From: Euryarchaeota archaeon UBA202
GTDB taxonomy: Archaea; Thermoplasmatota; E2; UBA202
Direction: 5' to 3'
DNA length: 64,000 bases
Assembly (NCBI GenBank): GCA_002502685.1
Contig: DAQA01000029.1
Span: forward strand, 4,957 to 68,956
Below the pieces are notes generated by a model. It saw only the letters and a program-made list of their open reading frames with translations. It was not told where the DNA came from and did no database searches. A program made the translations under genes and the position numbers. Below are positions 51,643 to 61,432 of the stretch, one piece after another. Position 1 is the first letter of the stretch; every line of letters begins with the position of its first letter.

Positions 51643-52479
51643 CTATAACCGGATAAAGCCCGCATCTGCAATAATGTCCTGGCCAGCACTGCTCTGGACG
51701 AAATCTATGAACACTTTCACGGCGCCTTTTGGCGCCCCATCCGTGTACATATGTAGTGATCGAGAAATCGGATAGGTACCTGCCTTTATTGTTGTCTCTG
51801 AAGGTGCTATACCATCTAGTTTTAGTGCCGGTGTCGAGTTGCTCACATACCCAAGTCCAACATATCCAATACCATTATCGGAATTTGATACAGCGCTCTT
51901 AACCTCGGCATTGCTGGGCCATGCTTGATTTGCCACGGTTTCTTCAATATCGATTGCCGCCATGAAGGTATCATGTGTTCCCGATCCTTCTTCTCTTTCA
52001 TTGATATTGATTTGTCTATCTGGTCCCCCAACATCCATCCAGTTTGTTACTGTTCCAACATAGATATCAACCAATTGTGCCGTTGTTAATCCAGTCACTC
52101 CAGCATCATAAATATCTTTGCTCACAATTACGGCAACTCCATCAAAGGCAATCACATTATCGGTAAAATCAACATTTGGAAATTTATCAATTTCAGTTTG
52201 CTTGATTTCCCGAGAGGCGGCACCGATATGGATGTTTCCTTCACCCAGTTGAGTTATACCGCCACCTGACCCAATGGGTGGAGCGCCAACCTCTACGGTG
52301 ATATCATCATGTTCTTGATCGAATTTTTCGGCGCATCGTTGAGCTATCGGAAAGACTGTTGATGAGCCGTTTAGTTTTACCATTTCGCTTTCTGATCCAA
52401 TGCATCCGCTCATAAATGCAGTTAATGCAAATACGCCTGCAAGTACGGCCAGAGTCCTCAATGTATTTATTTTCTTCAT
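51643..52479 (-). CDS. pstS: Phosphate-binding protein PstS (possibly lipid-anchored substrate-binding protein).
   Basis: Signal with a Cys lipobox-like LTAFMSGC. PBP type-2 fold motifs. Confidence 0.8.
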   Translation of the reverse strand: MKKINTLRTLAVLAGVFALTAFMSGCIGSESEMVKLNGSSTVFPIAQRCAEKFDQEHDDITVEVGAPPIGSGGGITQLGEGNIHIGAASREIKQTEIDKFPNVDFTDNVIAFDGVAVIVSKDIYDAGVTGLTTAQLVDIYVGTVTNWMDVGGPDRQININEREEGSGTHDTFMAAIDIEETVANQAWPSNAEVKSAVSNSDNGIGYVGLGYVSNSTPALKLDGIAPSETTIKAGTYPISRSLHMYTDGAPKGAVKVFIDFVQSSAGQDIIADAGFIRL

Positions 52480-53472
52480 GATTTAATATCCTCCAAGTTT
52501 TCCAATAGACCTATAGTTTAACAAGTTTGTGTATAGAAAATATATAAGCTATATAAATTATATATTAATTTATTACCTAATAAAATAACGGTCCTATCTT
52601 TTTGTATGCCGTACTCTAAAAGCATATTAGTGATTAATCATCATGATTTTTCATGTTTCTTTCTAAAATATCTTTTTATGTCTATCTTTTTATTAAATTT
52701 ATAAATGTATAAATAAATAGTTTTTTTATATTCAGAAAGGTACGGGCAAGACACAATAATTATATGTGAATCCTAGCTGATTAGTTAAAGTAGATCTTCG
52801 GCAAGATACTTATAACCTAAAAACGGTTTATCCTTCATTCCAAAATAGAGGAAAAAAAATGGAGGCAAAGGGTAGGGGAGGAAAGCAAAAAAGAGTGCGG
52901 TAGGAAAGACCTCGCCCATACCCTATTTATCTATTTATTCTCTTTATGTATATATAATATATATGTGACAAACATCGAAGCATATAACACAAATATCGAA
53001 GGCTAGGTATCCCTATCCCTTCCCTATTTTTTTCATATTTTGTGTGGAAAATGTTAAAAACCATTAGTGGTTATAGATTATGGGAGAGGCAGTGGAGAAC
53101 ATGATAGGGTAGGGAAGTTTCCATGGGCAGGTATCCAGAGGAATCATTCTTTTGTGAAATATTCCTCTAACTTTTCTATTATCTGCCCTTACTCTCTAGT
53201 TTCCTACCAGCTTGGGAATCGACCTTCTTCTCTACCTCTCTCTTATTTCCACTACATTCTTTCGATACTATATAAGTATTATTAATTTTTTCAGAGAAAC
53301 ATGATCCTTATTGATTCTCTATATTTCCAATATTTATTTACACAACGTTTGGTTTATGGGAAACAAAAATACAGTCTTTTTAGTAGTTCAAACATTTAAA
53401 TAATTGAGGTGATTGAAAATGGAAAGGATAATCATAACTGGTTTGTGTGTATTCCTACTCTCATTATGTCCC

Positions 53473-53770
53473 TAGGTCTATAATGCCAGCACAACTCATA
53501 TACCCAAAAGAAATTTCAACGATGATCCAAGACATTCCCTTCGCAGGTGGTCTTGATGACCCAACCGATTGGGCCTACTTCTTTTTTGGAATTGGGTATG
53601 TATGATTAGTTACTGGGTTTATGTTTCTCCTTCTATTCCCCTATTTTGAAACATTAAAGAAAATTTTGAGTTTTACAGGTTCCATTCTATATATTCGTTA
53701 CTTCCCATAGGTGCATCCAAGAATTATGGCGAAGCCTTTGATACCTGGTATGTTGACAAGGATGCGCGTC
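53473..53770 (+). pseudogene. Decayed paralogue of the small secreted protein at 59590..59982, with a premature stop and frame changes.
   Basis: MPAQLIYPKEISTMIQDIPFAGGLDDPTDWAYFFFGIG matches AYAGGLDDPTDWENFFWGVAKIG in the intact copy. Downstream fragments FMFLLLFPYFETLK and GEAFDTWYVDKDARQ match LLFPDFETLRG and AEAFDLKDIDNDGQ in other frames. Confidence 0.55.
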
Positions 53771-53997
53771 AAGAGAAGGTATATTCTCTTAGCTATTATC
53801 CTTTTTTTTGAATTCTCTTGTTTAACTCATCTTTTTTGACTGTTATCTTCTAACATCGCCTAGGCCATAAATTTTCAAAACAATATTCTTTATCTATTAC
53901 AAAAAGATAGTTTACTAACTTCATTAGATATTAATAAATAATATTTATTGTTATTTTTACCCCTATTCACTTACATTAATATATACCTTTATGGGCT

Positions 53998-54056
53998 TTG
54001 CACATAAAACCCCCACTTTATGTGCAAAATGCAATTCTGCACATAAACTCTTATTT
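53998..54056. repeat. Perfect 12-bp inverted repeat hairpin (TTTGCACATAAA-8 nt-TTTATGTGCAAA) plus a third partial copy. It shares its 13-mer with the two direct GTTTATGTGCAAA copies at the 3' end of the transposase gene (58636-58680).
   Basis: Read directly: ctTTGCACATAAAacccccacTTTATGTGCAAAatgcaattcTGCACATAAACtc. Compare gaGTTTATGTGCAAAttcagactagattaaGTTTATGTGCAAAgcc at 58636-58680. Confidence 0.6.
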
Positions 54057-54457
54057 TAATGCAGAAATACAAAGGTCAATTGTTGGATACAGTAGTTGGA
54101 AAAGTTGATATATTTAGTTCGGTCAAGAAATGAGAAAGACAAAAAGGATGCTAATAAAATTGGTCTTGGGTAGGAGGAGTAATGAAAGCACAATATTACA
54201 TCTTCCGAAGAAAATGTGTACTTTATTGCCTACCCCCAACTTTATTTAATCATAGCGTTATCCCCTTTGTCTTTCTCAAGATTATAATCAACAAGTTCTT
54301 CTTAACTTTTACCCTCTAGAATAATTGTCAAAAATATTAACATTAGAATTTTTCGATAATTGTACTAAAACATCCGATGCTTGTGCCATACACCATTTAT
54401 ATTTTTCAATGTCTTTCTTATTTGCCTGCCCCGCTTTGGGGTCAGGAGGAGATATAA

Positions 54458-55201
54458 ATGAAAGCAAACAAAGAAAAAATAGTAAAAAGAAAGAAAATAT
54501 CTGTTGTACTGGCACTAGCAGGTATCCTTTTGATACCCGCAATAATAATGCCAGTAAGTGCAGAAGAACCTGAGTTGCCGGAACCAGATAACGAGGGAGA
54601 CATTATATGGGCTGATGCAGGGCGCATACCAGGTGTATCAGGATGGGACCATTCCCAATTACATGTAGGTTCTAGTTCCTGCATCGAGGCTGATCCTCAC
54701 ACTGAAAAATGGCCTAGTCCTTGGAATCATACACTTCCATCTCTTATACCCAACTGGAAATTAAAAGAGTTAGAAGATGATTATGGAAGGGTGGAATATA
54801 CAGATATAAATGAAACGTACTATGAATATAAAGAAGCGGAGCCTAAACCCGGGGATAAAGGACATGTGGCCATGGGTTATGGGGAGGTAGGAACTCAGCA
54901 AATTAACCGAGACAAAGCTGTTGATTTTGTAGAGGAACAAGAAAATGACAGTAGAAAATTTGATTTAATATCGTACTGGAAATGGAACACAAAACAGATA
55001 GATGAAGATGATGCTGCTATCCCTGAGAGAGGTAGAAAATATTACTGCTCCGAGTTAGTGTGGGCTTCTTACGCATACGAGGAGGTAGGAATAGATTTAG
55101 ATCCAGATCTTTTTAAAGTTACACCTCAGGAACTCTACGATGAAATTGATGATGATAGCAATGATCATGAAATCTACTGGCAATATAGGCAACCGATTTA
55201 G
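54458..55201 (+). CDS. Secreted permuted-papain-fold peptidase/amidase, YiiX/YebB (C92/DUF830)-like.
   Basis: Signal peptide. GDIIWADAG and YYCSELVWASYAYEEVG match E. coli YiiX GDIIF...YCSEVVWKVY. Confidence 0.5.
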   Translation: MKANKEKIVKRKKISVVLALAGILLIPAIIMPVSAEEPELPEPDNEGDIIWADAGRIPGVSGWDHSQLHVGSSSCIEADPHTEKWPSPWNHTLPSLIPNWKLKELEDDYGRVEYTDINETYYEYKEAEPKPGDKGHVAMGYGEVGTQQINRDKAVDFVEEQENDSRKFDLISYWKWNTKQIDEDDAAIPERGRKYYCSELVWASYAYEEVGIDLDPDLFKVTPQELYDEIDDDSNDHEIYWQYRQPI

Positions 55202-55283
55202 TCCCTCCAGTATTTAACCAAATGAGACATCTCCTCTTTCCTTTTTTTTTTATTCCACGGCAAAAAGCTTAAATAAAAAAAAT

Positions 55284-56828
55284 ATGATGGGTAACAATAT
55301 GAAAAAAATGATGATTGTTCTTGTATTTTTTTCACTTTTAATAGTATTGCTTTCTTTCTCATTAAATTTATATGGAAGTGAAAGAAGAAATAACGATGAA
55401 TGGAACAAATTGTTGGGTGGATATAACTCTGATGGTGCACAATCAATTGCACTAACAGAAGACGAAGGTTACATAATTGGGGGACTTACAAAGAGCTATG
55501 GTTCTGGAAGTTGGGATGTCTGGTTAATAAAAACGGATGAAGATGGTAATATGCTGTGGAACAGAACATTTGGGGGAAAAGAAGAGGATAGTGCAGAATC
55601 CGTTATCCAAACGAAAGACGGAGGATATCTTTTGTGTGGATATACATTCTCTTTTGGAACCGGGAGTGCAGACATATGGATTATAAAAACTGATGATGAT
55701 GGAAACATGCTTTGGAATAAAACATTTGGAGGAGAAAACAATGATTATGGGCAATCTATTATACAAACAAATGATGGTGGATATGCTCTCATTGCAACAA
55801 CTCTTTCTTTTGGATCTACAGACAATGATAGAGATATCTGGCTGATAAAAACAGATGGAAATGGAGATATTATGTGGGATAAAATCTTTGGTGGATCAGG
55901 GATAGAATGGGGTTCTGATTTAATTCAAACAAACGATGGAGGGTATTGTATTGTAGGTTCTACCGCCTCTTATGGTGCAGGAGGATGGGATGTTTGGCTC
56001 TTAAAGTTGGATGAAAACGGTGATGTAATCTGGGAGAAAACTATCGGAGACGAAGGAATGGATGATGGAAGTTGTATAGAACAAACAAGAGATATGGGAT
56101 TTATTATTACGGGATCTTCTACATCGTATAGCTCAGGGGGGTGGAATAATGCTTTATTAATAAAAACTGATCAGAATGGGAATACGCAATGGATAAATGT
56201 GTTCGGAGATTATGTGGGAAAACTTGCTGAAGATGCCGGTAATTCTGTTATTGAGACTCAGGATAGTTACCTTATTGCTGGAATTACTTCATCGTACGAT
56301 ATCGGGGCTTTTGATGCATGGCTGTTAAAGATAGATAAAAAAGGAAATGAGATATGGAATAAGACATTTGGAGGACGAGAAAGAGAAACAGCCAATTGTG
56401 TGTTACAAGCAAAAGATGGAAGCTATATTATATTAGGGGAAACAAATACTTATGGACAAAAAAAAGATGCATGGTTAATAAAGTGTCAGGATTACCCTCC
56501 GCCAGAAATTAAGATAGAAAGACCAAAACCAAACTATCTCTATCTTTTTGGTAAGGAAATATTACCTCTCAGACAAACAATAATACTAGGGGGAATTATC
56601 GTCACTTCTGAGGTATATGATCTTCAGAATAAGATAGATAGAGTAGAATACTATCTAACTGGGCAAGACTATGAAACCGAGCCCAGGGCAATCATTCATT
56701 CACCCCCATTTAATTGGGAATGGACTTCCTCTGCATTTGGGTTATATGAAATAACAGCTGGTGCATATTATGGAAATGCTGGTTCCGTAGCAGTAGATAC
56801 AGTCAATGTAAGAATTTTTAACATCTAG
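55284..56828 (+). CDS. Secreted beta-propeller protein built from about 8 SBBP-type repeats.
   Basis: Signal peptide. Repeating roughly 47-aa unit DGGY.I.G.T.S.G.G..D.WLIKTD.DGN.LWNKTFGG..D...S.IQT. Confidence 0.6.
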   Translation: MMGNNMKKMMIVLVFFSLLIVLLSFSLNLYGSERRNNDEWNKLLGGYNSDGAQSIALTEDEGYIIGGLTKSYGSGSWDVWLIKTDEDGNMLWNRTFGGKEEDSAESVIQTKDGGYLLCGYTFSFGTGSADIWIIKTDDDGNMLWNKTFGGENNDYGQSIIQTNDGGYALIATTLSFGSTDNDRDIWLIKTDGNGDIMWDKIFGGSGIEWGSDLIQTNDGGYCIVGSTASYGAGGWDVWLLKLDENGDVIWEKTIGDEGMDDGSCIEQTRDMGFIITGSSTSYSSGGWNNALLIKTDQNGNTQWINVFGDYVGKLAEDAGNSVIETQDSYLIAGITSSYDIGAFDAWLLKIDKKGNEIWNKTFGGRERETANCVLQAKDGSYIILGETNTYGQKKDAWLIKCQDYPPPEIKIERPKPNYLYLFGKEILPLRQTIILGGIIVTSEVYDLQNKIDRVEYYLTGQDYETEPRAIIHSPPFNWEWTSSAFGLYEITAGAYYGNAGSVAVDTVNVRIFNI

Positions 56829-56973
56829 AAATTTGATTTTCGGTGAAAGTTGGCAAAGACCAAAAAAAAAACGCATCAACTTTTCCAACTACATTAATAA
56901 AAAATGGAAGTGAAACTTGATTAAAATTTATAACCGATTTAAATTTGTATATTTGGCAATAATTGAGCTATTT

Positions 56974-57204
56974 TTATTTGATATACCAAAAGTTAGCTCT
57001 CCCTTTTTTTTCTCTGTATATCCCAATGTCTCGTTTTGAAAGATTAACAAGATGTTTTTTTGCTGTCAGCCAGCTCATATTTCCATAATCTGCTACTTCA
57101 TTTGTAGTCAGAGGGCGACGTGCATTTTCTAATATTTCACAGGTTAGCCGTTCATAGGGGGTCAATGAACTTAAATTGCATCCTACTTTTTTTGCTTTAA
57201 TCAA
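56974..57204 (-). CDS. Small winged-HTH DNA-binding protein.
   Basis: LTCEILENARRPLTTNEVADYGNMSWLTAKKHLVNLS is HTH-like. Overlaps the upstream small ORF. Confidence 0.35.
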   Translation of the reverse strand: MIKAKKVGCNLSSLTPYERLTCEILENARRPLTTNEVADYGNMSWLTAKKHLVNLSKRDIGIYREKKGRANFWYIK

Positions 57205-57445
57205 TTATCTCACCTACCATGATTTTTTTATTAACTTTTTCTATGTATGCAAGATTGACAATAAATCTCATTTTATTACCTTTCCTAACATCTAATATAT
57301 CCGATATCTTTTTAGGGAGTCTGACTAAAAATTGTTCGCCATCAAAACTAATAGTGGCTGCTTTCTCAATTTTTTCTTCCCTATATGCACCCTCATCAAG
57401 TATACTTTCGATTTGTTCTTTCATTTTATATAGATAATCGTACAA
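57197..57445 (-). CDS. Small AbrB/SpoVT-like (swapped-hairpin) protein.
   Basis: FLVRLPKKISDILDVRKGNKMRFIV is loosely AbrB-like. Confidence 0.3.
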   Translation of the reverse strand: MYDYLYKMKEQIESILDEGAYREEKIEKAATISFDGEQFLVRLPKKISDILDVRKGNKMRFIVNLAYIEKVNKKIMVGEIID

Positions 57446-57571
57446 TTTATTTATATAATTTTTGATAAAAAACCTATAATTCGTACGATATATTATTAAA
57501 AAATAAAAACTTTTAAATACTCTTAATGCATTATAATCGTACGAAATAATTAGTATATATTAATAATATAA

Positions 57572-58663
57572 ATGAAGAAACAAACTCATCTTGACCAATG
57601 GGGTGTTTGTGGCACCCCAAAGGTCTGGAGGTCTGATAGAATGAGTATCAAACCCCTAAAAGATATAGAAAAAAAAGTAAATAAAGGTTCATATCCTCAA
57701 GATTGGGTAGCATACAATCTAGCACAAACACAAGAAAAACTCCTATTTATTGAATTATTACATGAGCTAACATCACAGATACCGCAACCAAAATATAAAG
57801 GAAACGGGAGACCTCCAGCAAACTTTGGAGAAATGGTTTTCACGTGTTGTCTCAAGACTTATCTTGATTTTAGTAGTAGGAGAAGTGAATCAGACATCAA
57901 ATTAGTAAAACAGCTTGGTTATATCACCCATGCTTCACATTTCAATACCATCCTTAAATATCTTAACCAACCAATTATGAAAAAAGTTTTAGCAAAGCTC
58001 ATTGCTTTATCATCTTTACCCCTTAAAGAAATTGAAAAGGATTTCACCATGGATGCCTCAGGTTTTAGCACGGCAATGGTGTGTAACTGGAATAAATCAC
58101 AAAAAATCCACTCGGAGAAAAGACTTTTTAAGAAGGCTCATGTGATGAGCGGTGTTAAAACCAATATCATAACTCACGTTGAGATTACAGATGGATATGT
58201 CCATGATAGTCTGATGCTAGAAAAACTCGTAGTTTCGACAAATAAACATTTTAGGATGGAGGAAGTGAGTGCTGATAAAGGTTATTCATCAGAAAAAAAC
58301 CTCCAGATAATTGCGAAAACTGGGGCTGTACCCTATGTTTTATTTAAAATTAATGCTAAAAAAACGAAGGACAGACTTCCTATCTGGCGTACCATGCTTC
58401 TATTTTTTAGGGAGAATAAAGAAGAGTTTATGGAACATTATCATAAGAGAAACAATGCAGAATCTGTGTTCTCGATGATGAAACGGAAGTTTGGTGGATT
58501 TGTTCGAGCACGGAAATCACTTGCACAGGAAAACGAGGTCTTATGTAAAGTGCTCTGCCACAACATTTGTGTCCTTATCCAAGAAATGTTCGAGTTGGGA
58601 ATAAAAATTGATTTTGAAGAAATCGTCAGGGATGAGTTTATGTGCAAATTCAGACTAGATTAA
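57572..58663 (+). mobile_element. DDE transposase of the IS4/IS5 superfamily (DDE_Tnp_1). The true start may be the internal MSIKPL.
   Basis: DDE residues in MDASGF, ADKGYSS and the Y-x2-R-x3-E-x6-K motif YHKRNNAESVFSMMKRK. Repeated 13-mer at the 3' end. Confidence 0.8.
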
Positions 58664-58667
58664 GTTT

Positions 58668-58859
58668 ATGTGCAAAGCCACCTTTATGATTATGTTAATT
58701 ATCATGGGAATTAAGGTTCGTGTTCGTTTGTGTGGCGACAGCCTCGCAATAACACTACCCCGTCAGGTTGCCAAGTTGCATAATATTGAGAAGGGAAACT
58801 ATATGGAGATAAGTCCTATTGGCACGGGTGAGTTCAAGATAAAGAAGATAGAGGGATAA
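58668..58859 (+). CDS. Small AbrB/MazE-like swapped-hairpin protein (63 aa).
   Basis: VRLCGDSLAITLPRQVAKLHNIEKGNYMEI. Confidence 0.4.
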   Translation: MCKATFMIMLIIMGIKVRVRLCGDSLAITLPRQVAKLHNIEKGNYMEISPIGTGEFKIKKIEG

Positions 58860-58878
58860 GAAGGATAAGCCTAATACA

Positions 58879-59193
58879 TTATTTTAATTTTACAGCTGTG
58901 CCATATGCTAATATTTCTGCTGCACCACTCATTATCGCCGCTGTCATAAACCGAATATTAATCACTGCATCGGCACCCATTTTCTCTGCTTTTTCCTCCA
59001 TCCGTTTCAATGCAATTTCACGTGCCTCGGCAAGCATTTGGGTATATTCTTTTATTTCTCCGCCAGCTATGTGCCTAAAACCAGCTTTGATATCTTTCCC
59101 TATATTTTTTGCTTGGATGGTGTTTCCCCGGGCTACTCCGAGAATCTCTTTAATTTCTTTACCTGCAACAAAATCGGTGTTAGTTATAATCAT
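58879..59193 (-). CDS. YbjQ/UPF0145 (DUF74) family protein.
   Basis: MIITNTDFVAGKEIKEILGVARGNTIQAKNIGKDIKAGFRHIAGGEIKEY...ADAVINIRF...AYGTAVKL matches the YbjQ consensus. Confidence 0.7.
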   Translation of the reverse strand: MIITNTDFVAGKEIKEILGVARGNTIQAKNIGKDIKAGFRHIAGGEIKEYTQMLAEAREIALKRMEEKAEKMGADAVINIRFMTAAIMSGAAEILAYGTAVKLK

Positions 59194-59450
59194 GGTTCCA
59201 AATCCTCCTTTTTTATTTTTTCCTTCATTTTTTTCGTATCTTTCCGTTGTTCGATAATAATCGAAACAACCAGGACAAACAAACCGACCAGGATTAACCC
59301 CACTACAAATCCTGTTACAACATCGATTACTTTCATTATTTCTTCAAAGCCCAGGTACAATCCGTATGCTATCCATATGATTATCCCTGCAATTACCATG
59401 AGTAATCCAATTGATGCCCATTTTCTCATATTCTCTTTCTCCTTGCTCAA
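59190..59450 (-). CDS. Small two-TM membrane protein, coupled upstream of ybjQ-like.
   Basis: 4-nt overlap with the YbjQ-like gene. Two hydrophobic helices. Confidence 0.45.
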   Translation of the reverse strand: MSKEKENMRKWASIGLLMVIAGIIIWIAYGLYLGFEEIMKVIDVVTGFVVGLILVGLFVLVVSIIIEQRKDTKKMKEKIKKEDLEP

Positions 59451-59454
59451 GGTT

Positions 59455-59520
59455 ATAGTGTTTGTGTTTTTAAAGGATAAGGGTCAAAAAACAAGTATTG
59501 GGACAGGGGAATTCAAAATC
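59455..59520 (-). promoter_or_regulatory. Putative archaeal promoter module (TATA-like CTTTAAAAA about 35 nt upstream of the ATG), repeated at 61433..61495 upstream of the MAM/dockerin gene.
   Basis: Minus-strand reads ...caatacttgttttttgacccttatcCTTTAAAAAcacaaac... versus ...caatattgttttgactcttatcCTTTAAAAAcactcaat... at the second locus. Confidence 0.4.
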
Positions 59521-59589
59521 AAAAGGCCATAAAAAAATAGGGGAAAAATTGGAGAAATTCCTGGTGGGTATTATATTACGATATCGGCA

Positions 59590-59982
59590 TCATTGTCCAT
59601 CGTTGTCTATGTCTTTCAAATCGAAAGCCTCTGCAAAAGATCTCAACCCAGTTATGGAATTAAAGCCAACCCCAAAAATGGCTAACATAAATCTCATAGT
59701 TCCACGTAGTGTTTCAAAATCAGGGAATAAAAGTCTTACCACAGCCACACCAAGAAAACCGATTTTTGCTACACCCCAAAAAAAGTTCTCCCAGTCCGTT
59801 GGGTCATCAAGACCACCTGCATAGGCCCCATCCGGATCACCATTTGGTGTCGGTGCAATTTTTTGATATTCTGGTACAAATGACTTTGGGGATACTGCCA
59901 ATGAAGTAAAAGGTATTGCTAGGAGTAGTGTAGTACATATACACACCATGATTATTTTTTTCATATTTTCATTAGCCTCCAA
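59590..59982 (-). CDS. Small secreted/membrane-associated protein (130 aa). Intact member of a family with a decayed copy at 53473..53770.
   Basis: Signal peptide MKKIIMVCICTTLLLAIPFTSLA. GGLDDPTDW motif. Confidence 0.5.
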   Translation of the reverse strand: MEANENMKKIIMVCICTTLLLAIPFTSLAVSPKSFVPEYQKIAPTPNGDPDGAYAGGLDDPTDWENFFWGVAKIGFLGVAVVRLLFPDFETLRGTMRFMLAIFGVGFNSITGLRSFAEAFDLKDIDNDGQ

Positions 59983-60187
59983 ATATTATAATCAATTATG
60001 TGGCTATAAACCCATTGCCAACTAGGGAAAGTTCAGGATAAATAAGGTGGAGTAAAAATTAAATAGTCGATGATTATTCGAAGTCCCATGGGAGAGGTAG
60101 AATAAATAGATAATTATTCCTCCAAAAATTTTTATCATATTTTACCTCCACAACTACCTCTCCCTATTTTTCAGAATTCTGATTTTT

Positions 60188-61432
60188 TTATCCTGTCCAG
60201 TGCTGACCAACCAGGATCATATCCAGGATATTAACCACCCCGTCACAGTTCACATCAGCCGATATCCAACAAGGTGGCCCTGCCTCACCCCAATCCTGAC
60301 CAATAAGGATAAGGTCAAGAATATTCACCGAATCATCATTATTAACATCCCAAGGTTCATTCGGGAGAACAGTAACACTTGCATTTTCAATAATAACAGG
60401 CACGGGTGAACCATTAGGCTGACCCACCACCACATTTGAGAGATTAAACCAAGAGGTACCATTGGCATCAAGGGGGGCAGTGAAATTAACATAGACTGCT
60501 TCCCCAGAATGGATCACATTATCACCAGGAGTGGTAATAACAACATAAACATCAGTAATTGTTCCATTAATATTATCCACTATTCCTGGATTAAAGTAGG
60601 TACTGGAGCCATAAAAAAGACTGCCTTCATGGACTGACCCTGCCTGGAAAAGGGTGAGGTCAAAAGTGAGGTCAAACTGCACACCTGCGATAGGCTCCGC
60701 TGGGTCAACCTCAATGAATAGGGTGAATCCATTACCTGCATAAATCTCGTTATATGTTAAGAGAGGATTGATTTTAACGATAGTGTCCGTGGGTACAATC
60801 AGTGGTGCAATGATAGTTATATTGTCAATATACCAACCGTATTCATGCCCAGTACCATCTGCAGTGTGAAGAAATGCAAATCTTATCCATTTTCCTTCAA
60901 AAGGTAATAGATTCACATGGATAGGTGTCCATATTACTGATTTCCAGGTAAAATGCTCTGTGATATTCTCCCACGGCTCCTAGGATTCCTGGCTTTCATT
61001 ATAAATCGAAACTTCTACTTGTCCATAATCTGGGGAGTAAAAATAGTCAAAATAGTGCCAGAATCGAAGTTCTAATATGTCCCCCTCGGTCACATAGGGT
61101 AATTGTACAGGAGGGCTAATCAAGCGACTGTCAGTATAATCTGGATATTTTTCCCCGAGGATTGTTCCAGCACAGTTTTCACCCGATGGACAGCCACCGG
61201 GACCCGCAGTTGGTGCTCCAATCTGCCAAATGCCATTGGTTGTATACCATTCCCCCCATCCAGATTCAAAATCTTCTTCAAATATTACTATATGAGATGC
61301 CTGTATCGGATTTGGTATTATCATTAGAGATAAAATTAATACTGTAACTATTCCACTTGATAATACCAATATCTTTGTTCTATTACCATCAATTATATCC
61401 ATTTTTTTCCTCCCTGCTATATTCCTTATCAA
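60188..61432 (-). pseudogene. Membrane-anchored MAM/lectin-like plus dockerin-repeat protein interrupted by one in-frame TAG. Track ORFs 60980..61432 and 60188..60916 are in the same frame.
   Basis: Reading through the TAG at about 60977-60979 gives continuous ...VEVSIYNESQES*EPWENITEHFTWKSVIWTPIHVNLLPFEGKWIRFAFLHTADGTGHEYGWYIDNI... C-terminal dockerin-like pair DVNNDDSVNILDLILIGQ / DVNCDGVVNILDMILVGQ. Confidence 0.5.

Noticed and set aside
53590-53690. Apparent eukaryote-style GTATGT...TTTTACAG intron between coding-like segments.
   Set aside because: The flanks are out-of-frame remnants of a paralogue of 59590..59982. The context is archaeal and there are no other splice-like signals. I interpret it as a pseudogene.
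52480-54300. Possible CRISPR array or rRNA/tRNA genes in the long non-coding stretches (also 3680-4440, 11984-13537, 36503-36940).
   Set aside because: No regularly spaced direct repeats, no tRNA-like GTTCGAATC/acceptor stems, and no rRNA-like conserved blocks were visible. The regions are AT-rich promoter or leader DNA with scattered short motifs and one pseudogene.
60977-60979. In-frame TAG as a pyrrolysine codon.
   Set aside because: TAG is used as an ordinary terminator by several well-supported genes in the window, and no pyl genes are visible. A nonsense mutation or sequencing error is more parsimonious. Kept as a finding for readthrough checking only.
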